From Octopus bimaculoides (Eukaryota), in the NCBI RefSeq assembly GCF_001194135.2, contig NC_068997.1:46070019-46113563 (forward strand): 43,545 nucleotides of DNA, in the 5' to 3' direction. The notes under the pieces are model-generated. The model made no database searches. It had not been told where the DNA came from and was given only the letters and a program-made list of their open reading frames with translations. Shown in pieces: positions 12,011 through 23,900 of the stretch. Position 1 is the stretch's first letter, and each line of letters starts with the position of its first letter. A program made the position numbers and the translations under genes.

Positions 12011-15000
12011 GTCAGGTAACAAGAAATCAATGACAACATATTGTCTCCATTTACAACTTACCGTGATTCATCCTGGAATGGAAGTTCAAATCTAGACGAG
12101 TCACCAGAAGTCCTCATCCTGGATTGTTTATGTTCATCCCAGAGTTCTCTATCATGAAAACCACTTCGATCATGAGGTCTTTTTGCAGAATATCGCATTT
12201 CTTCAAACCTGATATTAAACAAAAAAACAGCAAAATCAAGTAATTAGCAACTGTACTAAATGACTAGCAGCTAAAAGATAAGGTAGTAAACAACTTTAAC
12301 TTTTAACAATTAAGCCTTTAGTGTTTAAACTGGCCATATCCAGCTCAAATATTCTATGTTTTATATTCAAACTGGCCAGATCCAGCATCTCACACCTAAC
12401 CTACATTGACATGCTAAAAATAAACAATCACATCATTGAAACCTCAAAGCTATAAGATAATGCATGATTAGCTAAAAACAATTTGAGTGAAAAATTATTA
12501 CATTTAACAGAGTAATTTGAACACTAAAGGGTTAACAACCAGGACACCAGTTTTGATAATGTTGCCTCTATGTAGCCATTACACATACTAGAAACAGCAC
12601 CCAAAGCTTCCTCAACTCGTCTTCAACAACCTTGAAAGAAAAACAAAATGTTGAATGCTTTGGATAAAGTAGTCCCACATTATATCTGGAAGAAAAACAA
12701 AGGTCTAAAATAGTAAAAATAAAAGTAGAATGACCATAGCTGGAACTCCTTTGATTATAGGTTTGCTCCAGCTGGGCTAACTTAGACTAGACAGAACCAC
12801 CACCAATGAGTTAACACCTGCTTGACAAAAAACAAGGTAGTAAACATCCCCCAAATAAAGAATACAGATGGCATACCAATGCAGATAATGGGATTAATTC
12901 CTTGCTACTAAGTAGCTAAAGACCATCACAGTAAATGATCTCACACTAATATATAAAATTGCTTTGTAGGCTTGCAGTTGTCATCAATTATTTTATACTG
13001 ATCTAGCAGACATACGATGTAAAGTATTCCCTGCAGTCACGGAATGTGAAGATTTGGCTGTTATTGCTAGCAGATCAAGCAATTACACCACATACATGCT
13101 TCCTCAGACCATCTATAAATATCATTATTATTATTATTACTAAGGCGGTGAGCTGGCAGAATCATTAGCATGCTGGCCGAAATGCTTAGCGGTATTTTAC
13201 CCATCGCTCTATACTGAATTCAAATTCCACCAAGGTTGAGTTTGCCAATCATCCCTTTGGAGTTGATAAAAATAAGTACCAGTTGAAAACTGGGTTCAAT
13301 GTAATCATCTCATCCTCCTCCCCCAAAATAGCTGCCCTTGTGGCAAAATTTGAAACCATTATTATTATTATCAGACTACAGTTGTGTTGAATATGATGTT
13401 GGTTAAGTAAGTCAGAGGGTACATTAGCACCACTGATTCATTGTCTTGCTTCCTCCATTATGAGATCAACGGATGAGCATTACACTTTGTTCCCACTATT
13501 AGGAAAAGTCCTACATTGCAATCATTAATCTAACAAACATGAAATTATCCAAGGGGAATAAAATATAATTCAGTCAAATAAGTGGTGTTGAAGACACGAA
13601 AAAAAACAATGAATTTATGTCATAAGCATTTAGAAACGTTGAGAGAATGTGAAATAATTTGTTCTCATCTGTACAGCCCACAGTAGATAAAGCCCACAGT
13701 ATTATAAATAATAGAGTATTGTATAATAATAGTAGAGCCCACAATATTATAAATAATAACAAGTAAATATTTGCTTGTAAACATTTTTGGATAGAAAAAG
13801 GCAAAGTGTACCTGTGGGACAATGGTAGAATGTCTGTCAAATTTACAGAAGATGTAAGGTCTTGCCCAAGGGTAGCCTTTTGGCTTTTTCTAACTAAAAG
13901 GGTTCTTAACCCATTATTTACATGATGTTATTTATGACTTTAGTTCACAGTATAATAGTATAACAACATAATCTGTCTCACTCACCGTAACAACTCAGCA
14001 GAACGCATCTCTTCTTCATGCCTTTCCATTTCCAAAAGTTCTTTTTCCATCCTGAATTTCTCCTTCTCAAGTTTCATTTTCTCCAGTTTCATTCTCTCTA
14101 ATCTGAAAAGTGTGAAAGAATTTAAAGATACCATAAAAAATTAGGTTTACTTAGCCAGAGGGGAAGCAGATGAGAAAAACTTTGCTAATGTTCAGCATCA
14201 TGAGGGCCAAAGATTTGAAGTGTTTCGTATTGCAAGACAGTGTGCGAGAGAGAACGGTGATGTCATAGGAGAGAAATGTGTCTGCATGGATGATGGTTCA
14301 CCTGCATTTGAATATATCTTACATATTTTGATCTTTAATTTTTTTTTTATATACTAAATATTTACCTTCTTTTACCATTCATTTAAAATGACATATTACC
14401 AACTTTTGTAACAAAATTCCAAATTCCTCATAAGCCACAATTACGATCTAAAAAATCTTTAAAATGGTTTTATGGCTTATAAAAGGAAGTGCAGTACCCA
14501 AGGTGTGTTTTTTCAGAGTCTCCAAGACTGATTGGAAGAAGGGAAAAAGTTATCCTTAGATTAGAGACTTGGGATCTATTTTAAAACGGGGACGCCAGTA
14601 TTTTCTTAACGAAACACTAACGAAACACTTTGAAACTTGGGACACTGGTAGAATGTGTCATATAAAACATCTTTTACTCTTAGTCTTCTTAACAAAAAAA
14701 AGGAATTCGCAAGTTATTCCATGTTAAAGTTGTCATATTTCTGTAATTTCAACCAATCACTGACGTCTATTCAGCTGAATAAGAGTTACTGCTGGGCGGT
14801 CATAAAAATGTTATTCCCTGTGACATATTTCATCCGGTTTAATCGTAATTTATACGCATATATTGTTTATATAATAAATTACGCTGTGCGTATCTATGTG
14901 TGTAACAATTTTAGAGTTCGGATTCTAGAGTTAAGGTTAGGGTTAGGGTTAGGGTTAGAGTTAGGGGATTAATACGATATACACCGTTACAGCGCTAACT

Positions 15001-17882
15001 GTTTTCACCTGAATAGACGTCAGTGATTAGTAGAAATTATCGAAATAAGACAATTTTTTAAATGAAATAAATTCGAATACAAAAATATTTTTCTGTTCTA
15101 TAACACAAAATAGATAAGTATACGAAGTTTGAAAGTCTTTCCGTACCAAAAACACTACATAAAACATAAATGAAAACTGGCGCCCCCGTTTTAAAATAGA
15201 TCTGAGACTTGACTGAAAGCTTAAAAAAGTGTGTACTCTGCTAAAGTCACCCAAGGACCGGATGTGCTCTTAAACAAGACAACAAAACAATTCTATCACC
15301 AAAAACAGGAATGGGCCTTCAGACAGCTTTTAACATAGTTTCCATCAATCAAAGCATTGGTCAACCTAAGACTATGATAGAAAACACCTGTCCAATGTGA
15401 TGCACAATGACACTGAATTTGATATCATGTAGACGTGAAGTAAACTTCTTACCCACACAATCATGCTGTCCTGTCTTAAACAGTTTAACCCTTTCGTTAC
15501 TGTATTTATTTTGAGATGCTCTGTGTTTCTTTCAATTACTTTAAATATAACAAAGAATTTAGTAAAATAACTTAGTTATCATTCAGCTAGTGTTAGGAAC
15601 ATAAATTGTGACTAAGTTTTGGTGGAAGATTTTAAATTCAAAACTTATGGAAACAAGACATTTGTACTCAGAGCCAGAGCCGGTTTCAGCCGGGTTGGTA
15701 ATGAAAGGGTTAAATGTGAATGCACTTTTAACAAACCTAATCTTCTCTCTAACTTTGTTCAATCTTATGACCTCCTCCTTCAGTTTCTGCAACAGTAACA
15801 ACATAATCTGTCTCACTCACCGCAACATCTCAGCATAACGCATCTCTACATCACGATTTTCCATTTCAAGAAGTTCTTTTTCCATTCTGGATCTTAATAA
15901 TTTCTCTTTTTCTAGCTTCATTTTCTCCAGTTTCATTCTCTCCAACCTGAAAAGTGTGAAAGAATATAAAAATAACATTAAGAATACAAACAGAAAAAAA
16001 TGAAAATCCCTACCTACACACACCAACTTCTATGTACCCTGACACATGTTATTCTACAAGAATACCCAAGAGATATTCTTTTGAGTCCAGGTGAAATTAC
16101 GTATTCATCCAAATGTCACTAAACGAAGCTTAAATATTAGGGATGTCTAATGACAGTGAGGAATCTACACAGAAACTATAAAGGTAAGTAGAATAGAGAA
16201 TAGCTTCATGATTCAGAATATTTAAGGGATAAAGATAAAATACAAATACATTTTATCACTTGTAAAAGTGTAGTGTGTCAGAAGGACAAAATGATCAGAA
16301 TACTAACGTCATTGTGAGCTGGACAAAAACACATAAATTTTCACTTAACATTCACATAACACTTAAATAAGTACCATGAGGAGGTATTATATAACATACT
16401 ACCATTTAGAAAAAATACATAGATAATATAGTCCGATAGATAGCCTTGAAAAGAAGAATGGTTACAGCCTTTGATTATAGGACAGCATGATAACTAAACA
16501 ATAACACAAAGAACAGTTCATCACAAGAATCAAGGAACTGTTTATTTGACAACCATTTTTTAAACTTTCACTGCTAAGTTCAATTCTTCCTTCGGCTTTG
16601 AAAGGATATTGAGGAAAATTCCTCCAAATATCTCAGCTCAGCCTCTCTTTGTCCCAAAAGAGAATTAAAAAATTACAATGGTCCAACTGGGTTATCAGAT
16701 CTTAAAACTAAAAATATCAAAAGATTGCTAAAACAATTTGAGCAAAGAATATAAATAATAAATATATCACTAAATTCATCTTACATATTCTGATCTTTAA
16801 TTTTCTTCTCATATATACTGATTATCTTTCTTCTTTTCCCATTCATTTAAAATAACTTGTGATCANNNNNNNNNNNNNNNNNNNNNNNNNNNNNNNNNNN
16901 NNNNNNNNNNNNNNNNNNNNNNNNNNNNNNNNNNNNNNNNNNNNNNNNNNNNNNNNNNNNNNNNNNNNNNNNNNNNNNNNNNNNNNNNNNNNNNNNNNNN
17001 NNNNNNNNNNNNNNNNNNNNNNNNNNNNNNNNNNNNNNNNNNNNNNNNNNNNNNNNNNNNNNNNNNNNNNNNNNNNNNNNNNNNNNNNNNNNNNNNNNNN
17101 NNNNNNNNNNNNNNNNNNNNNNNNNNNNNNNNNNNNNNNNNNNNNNNNNNNNNNNNNNNNNNNNNNNNNNNNNNNNNNNNNNNNNNNNNNNNNNNNNNNN
17201 NNNNNNNNNNNNNNNNNNNNNNNNNNNNNNNNNNNNNNNNNNNNNNNNNNNNNNNNNNNNNNNNNNNNNNNNNNNNNNNNNNNNNNNNNNNNNNNNNNNN
17301 NNNNNNNNNNNNNNNNNNNNNNNNNNNNNNNNNNNNNNNNNNNNNNNNNNNNNNNNNNNNNNNNNNNNNNNNNNNNNNNNNNNNNNNNNNNNNNNNNNNN
17401 NNNNNNNNNNNNNNNNNNNNNNNNNNNNNNNNNNNNNNNNNNNNNNNNNNNNNNNNNNNNNNNNNNNNNNNNNNNNNNNNNNNNNNNNNNNNNNNNNNNN
17501 NNNNNNNNNNNNNNNNNNNNNNNNNNNNNNNNNNNNNNNNNNNNNNNNNNNNNNNNNNNNNNNNNNNNNNNNNNNNNNNNNNNNNNNNNNNNNNNNNNNN
17601 NNNNNNNNNNNNNNNNNNNNNNNNNNNNNNNNNNNNNNNNNNNNNNNNNNNNNNNNNNNNNNNNNNNNNNNNNNNNNNNNNNNNNNNNNNNNNNNNNNNN
17701 NNNNNNNNNNNNNNNNNNNNNNNNNNNNNNNNNNNNNNNNNNNNNNNNNNNNNNNNNNNNNNNNNNNNNNNNNNNNNNNNNNNNNNNNNNNNNNNNAGAA
17801 TAAAACAACAATATAAAATGCTTTACCCCCCCGCCATAAAAATGAACTGATCCTACAGAACAAGTGCATGTGTGTGTGTGTG

Positions 17883-17923
<41 letters not shown>

Positions 17924-20900
17924 TCATCATCATCATCATCATCGTTTAACGTCCGCTTTCCATGCTAGCATGGGTTGGACGATTTGACTGAGGACTGGTG
18001 AAACCGGATGGCAACACCAGGCTCCAGTCTGATTTGGCAGAGTTTCTACAGCTGGATGCCCTTCCTAACGCCAACCACTATATCTTACAAGTGTATAAAT
18101 TTTAAGAAGCTTGTGATTTTGCCTTGAATTTATTTTGCACTGTTCCAGCGTTGCCCACGAATTTTATATATGTAATAGCACTTCCATATTCTGTCTCATT
18201 CACACATGCACACACACAACTTTCTCTCTGTCTCTACACCACCCATTCCTATTTCACTAAGGAAATATATTTATTTTTTTCACTTTTGTCTCTATATTTT
18301 TATCATTTACCGACACACTGCCCACAGCTGAATCTATTAAAAGGGGAAGAGGAACTGACAAAGCTGATCACATATTCTTAATTCAACAGGCTTATAAACA
18401 AAACAATGAATTGAGGATGTCTCACCCTTTCAACTGTTAATCTCATACCATTCACTCGAGTTTTATTCAGCCTCATTATACATTCCAAAGCTTCAGCCTC
18501 AGTTGACATAGTAACAAAAGCATGACATCGACCGCTACGTTTGTAATACTTTGTAACCTTTTGGCAATCCTCAACCTAATAAAAAATAAAGAATTAAAAT
18601 TTCATACATGAAAAATTCAGTCTGTATTCAGCTTCATAGTCTGTAGCAGCAGTATCACCCTCATTTAACAACATATCAATTCTGAATTGTTATTAGAACG
18701 ACACTGCAGATTTAAGTAAAACTCACTTCAAGAAGCACAAGAAGGAAATAGGGGGATTATTAATAAATGACATTTATCGAAAGACATAAAACACATTTCA
18801 TTCAACATACCTTGCCATGCTTGCTTAAAATTGAGACTAGGCCTTTAGTAGAGATATTTACAGGAAAGCCACAGATCCACAGATTCCGATTGGTTTGGTT
18901 GTTTCCTATTAATATAAGAATGCATCAATAAAAAACAAAAAGATGATGAGGAAATGCAACCCAGTAAGGTCAGGATTTCAAGTAATTCAAAGAAAAGCAA
19001 GAAGCTTAGAAAGTAAGAAAAGAGAATTTGAGAAAACATGCAAAAGAAAAAAAAAATTACCTTTTTTTGGAGATTTGGGCTTAGAAACCAAAGAACTGTA
19101 ACAATAAAAGAATCATTTAGAAATAGCATCATCATCATCATCATCATCAACAGTGAATTTTAAAGGACTGTAATGGATTATAATTTCAACATTGATGCAA
19201 GTGAAAACTGGCAAACCTACACATTACAACTTTACATTAATGTGCTTGNNNNNNNNNNNNNNNNNNNNNNNNNNNNNNNNNNNNNNNNNNNNNNNNNNNN
19301 NNNNNNNNNNNNNNNNNNNNNNNNNNNNNNNNNNNNNNNNNNNNNNNNNNNNNNNNNNNNNNNNNNNNNNNNNNNNNNNNNNNNNNNNNNNNNNNNNNNN
19401 NNNNNNNNNNNNNNNNNNNNNNNNNNNNNNNNNNNNNNNNNNNNNNNNNNNNNNNNNNNNNNNNNNNNNNNNNNNNNNNNNNNNNNNNNNNNNNNNNNNN
19501 NNNNNNNNNNNNNNNNNNNNNNNNNNNNNNNNNNNNNNNNNNNNNNNNNNNNNNNNNNNNNNNNNNNNNNNNNNNNNNNNNNNNNNNNNNNNNNNNNNNN
19601 NNNNNNNNNNNNNNNNNNNNNNNNNNNNNNNNNNNNNNNNNNNNNNNNNNNNNNNNNNNNNNNNNNNNNNNNNNNNNNNNNNNNNNNNNNNNNNNNNNNN
19701 NNNNNNNNNNNNNNNNNNNNNNNNNNNNNNNNNNNNNNNNNNNNNNNNNNNNNNNNNNNNNNNNNNNNNNNNNNNNNNNNNNTGTTAGTAGTTTGGAATT
19801 CAACGCAACACTCAAACCAGATATATGCACACACACACACACACACATTCTGTTTTAAAATAACTCACGATTAGCCACAAGAGGACGCTTGAAGACAAGT
19901 TAGCTTAAGGTTCAAGAAAATCTGTCCCCTTTGGCAGTTGTAGACCTCACTTTCAGCAAAGGTATCAACATCTTTTACCAAGAAGTAAGATCATTTAACT
20001 AATGACATCTTTGAATCAAAGCAGTGGGAAAGATGACATGAAAACCAACCTCTTCGACTTTACATCTTTATCATCTTTCTTTTCATCAGCCTTCTTCTCA
20101 GTTTGCCCTCCTTCGTTTTTACCTTTAGCCCTTTCTTCAACTTTGCTTCCATCTGTTTTCTTCACTTCAGTTTTGCCACTCACTTTGTCCTTTGATGCAT
20201 TGTCCGTTTTTGCTTTATTATTTGTCTTTGATGACACAATATCAGCAACTAAATCATTCTGCGTATCATCAACATGCAGAATCAATGATTCGTTTTCTNN
20301 NNNNNNNNNNNNNNNNNNNNNNNNNNNNNNNNNNNNNNNNNNNNNNNNNNNNNNNNNNNNNNNNNNNNNNNNNNNNNNNNNNNNNNNNNNNNNNNNNNGC
20401 CTCTACAGACAAATCCATGGTGACGCACACCAAGTTCCCATCATCTCTGATGGTCTTAGGGATTGTGAACAAGAGCTATGTTATTCCACCTTGCTTCTTT
20501 TTGCAGGGGCTCTCTGAGCCTATGTCACCATCTTCATCAAGCTGATGGACCCAGTGGTTAAGCCTTGAATGGAGTGGGTTGGCCAAGGGAAGACCGTGCA
20601 TGTTTCTGCTACTTTCCACATGGCCTTCACAATACAGGAGTGGCTGGTTGATTTTTCCCAAAATGTGATATCCAAGCTCCACTGATATGAACCTCCAACA
20701 CTGCTACTACATCTGGGATGTCATCAAGAGGGAGACCAGCCAGCAGCTCCACAACATCAAGGACTCATTGAAGGCCACCATCGCCGATGTGACAGGCAGC
20801 ATTAATGAGAACCACCTGATTCTGGCATCCAGTCGCTTCCATGGCCGCATTGAAACCGTCATTGTGAATGAGGGTAGTTTTACTAAACAATCTGTTTCTT

Positions 20901-23900
20901 TAATAAATCTAATCGAATATATGTGCCATTTTCCTAGTAATATATTTTGCCGCTTTAATATCTTTCTTTTCCCTCATATTTTACTTGGTTCTCAAACATG
21001 AATGCATACACACACATACACACAATGCATAAAATTTCATATATATATATATAAACACAATCCCTGATACAATTTGTTACACAAGTGCATAAGCCACTGT
21101 CAGACATCTGAACAGAAACTACAGCATTGCATCTGCTGTCAAACAAGAAGCTTCCAATTATACTGGAACTGTGGACTGCAGCCCAAGTACACATTCTGGG
21201 ATAGGCTACACCTTTCGTTAGTATTTGCTGAGGATCCTCTGCAGCATTAAAAGACAGTCATATCAGTTGATCATGCCATTCACATGAAATGTCTCATCTG
21301 ACCAAAATATCTGAACAACAAAGCAGAGACCACTGCACAAGTACATCAACATTTCCTGGCAGAATTGAGCCTTAGTTACTGTGATGTAACGTAATTAACT
21401 CATATTTCTGAAAATAAAAATGTTTGCAGTTAAACTTCGTATGCAAACATTTATATGATATTATAAACTTTATGTGCAAACATTGATATGGTATATAAAT
21501 AATACCATTTATATGGTATCATTTAAAGTAAATTTAACTGATTATCACAATTTAACTCAATAATTATAATAAACTTAATGTACAACTTATAACAAACCCT
21601 ATATATTCAAAATTACTAACATTCTAAACATTGAGAAGTTTCAAAATTTCTGAATCTATGTAACACCAATTACATTTATAGATAATATTCAGAAATATTT
21701 GTCAACTAACTATTACCTTCAGTGTACAAATTCTACACAAGTACAGTTATTTGTAAATAAATATCGACTCGGAAAAATTTGTATGTGATACTCCATCATA
21801 TAGCATAAAGAAAGAAAATGTAGCCATTCTTTTACCTAAAGCTATACATACACTCACATTAAATATATTGAAGCACAAGAGCCAGAATTAATTATCTTTA
21901 AGGGAACTTCACCACTGCACTGCAAATATGCAACACTAATTACAGTCATTTTAAGTTTTGCAATAAAATTAATAATTTGTGGCTCCAGAAACACAAAATG
22001 AACCACAAACTCGTTGTAAGCTAACAGTTCAGCAAACTACAATTGTCTCTTAAAATTAAACTGTACAAACCAATTTTCAATGCTAAAGACAATGGCAGAG
22101 AGAAAGTAAACATTCTTCAAATAACACCATATACCAGATTAGTAGTTGACTACCATATATCGAACCAATATAACTCATTCTAAACTAAAACTTCATATAA
22201 ACTGTACATAGCCCTTTAGCATTCAGATTATTCAGTCAAATGTAATGCTTATTTATTCACATTGTTTTGAATTAATCCTGCATTATCTCGTAGCTTCAAG
22301 ATTTCCATGATGTGTTAGTTTATTTATACAATGACATTGTATAGTAAGTGTGAAAAGCCAAATCTTGCCAATTTGAATATAAAACGTAGAATATTTCAGC
22401 TGGATATGGCTAGTTTAAATGCTAAAGGCTTAATACAAACCTTTATGAGCAACATGTATATCACTGGCAAAATGATAGTAGAGCTGCACTTTGTTATTTT
22501 CATTGAGACAATAAAACAACTGATATAAGGTCAATCTAAGTATACAATAAACAGGCTATTTTAGGAAATTTAAAGCAAGTGAATTACATACCTGTGGTAT
22601 CCTTTAATGCATCATCAGATTGTTCCTGGAAAGTGAAGAAAAAAAATAACTGATATGACTAATAGCAACAAATGAAAGAAAACACATACAGTAGCAGTAC
22701 ATTTTTCATTTTTACTTTCATTCATATTATGTCAAATTGCTTATCTTTATATGTAATATAATTGTGAATCAAGATATGTGTATATGTGAATCAAGATGTT
22801 TTTATGTTTCAAGAATTTTAAGTGGAATTTATAATTGGTCAACTGTGATAGATATAGGAAACTGTTGAATTTCAAGTAAAATAATCTTCATATTAATGAA
22901 ATCATACCATATCTAACACTAATTATCAATTATGAAATGAAAGTAATAACTTGCACTAAAACAAGGAGTGCAATATAGTTAGTAGAACAATGTAAAAGGT
23001 GTAGTAAATTTTAATTACCTGTAGAACAGTTCCAGTGTCTTTGTTCGTATCTGAAGAAGAGATAGGTAGTTCCTCTTTAAACTGGTCTTTATCTAAGGTG
23101 TTATCTGCCAACATATCTGATGGTTTGGTATCACTTGAAAGCAGTCGATCCTCAGTAAGGTCTCCCACAGAAGTTTTGTCAGGGATCAAAGAATATCCAT
23201 CTGGATTGGTGGTGTTTAAGAAGACATCTGTTAATGCCACATCAGACGTCTCCGATTCTTTCTGAAAATTAAAATAAAACACGTTTCTGTTACCCCTCAA
23301 CACTGAATCATCCTATATTTATCCTTTGCTCACTGTAATATCCATTAGTACCTTATTCTTATTGAATGCTTAAATTATTGCTGTATTCCATTTTTTACTA
23401 TAATGATTTTTATCCTATTATTATAGAATAATAGTACTTTCTTCTTTGCGATTCACAGTGATTATTGCTGTGCTACAGGTAAAGCTCTTTTCAGTTATGA
23501 AATTCAATTGTTGTTAATGACCACAGTACGTCTGTGTACTTCACTGGTCTTTTTCATGGATAGCATTATCAAACTGACATTGAAATTCTAACACTAAAGT
23601 AAACTAAGTGAACACATCACAGTAGAGTATGATCACCAGGAGAGATCCAGTGTTCCTGAATCCTAGCAGTTTTATCAACTTTGCAGGTTAAGCATTAAAA
23701 AGGAACAAGATTATTTCCTAATATGTGCAATGATTCTGTTTTTCTTGAATTAATAAAAAATATCATGTACCCAGTGAAGTATGTTTCTCAGTGTTTTATT
23801 CATGGAAACAACAGAGGCTTGTCATGAGCTGTTTAGGTAATGTGTGGTTGATGCCAAAGTAGAGAAGATAAATTAAGAGTGGCATTATAGGCACCTGATG

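Noticed and set aside
14925-14970. Telomere or chromosome-fusion scar
   Set aside because: Only a few units, inside a TIR/TSD-bounded element.
16843-17869. Long ORFs of 160-340 aa here and at 7593-8464, 19173-19874 and 42086-42876
   Set aside because: Composed of X from N gaps.
21380-21420. Acceptor-like ttttattttcag in B's intron
   Set aside because: Immediate in-frame TGA, and the downstream sequence is a transposase relic.
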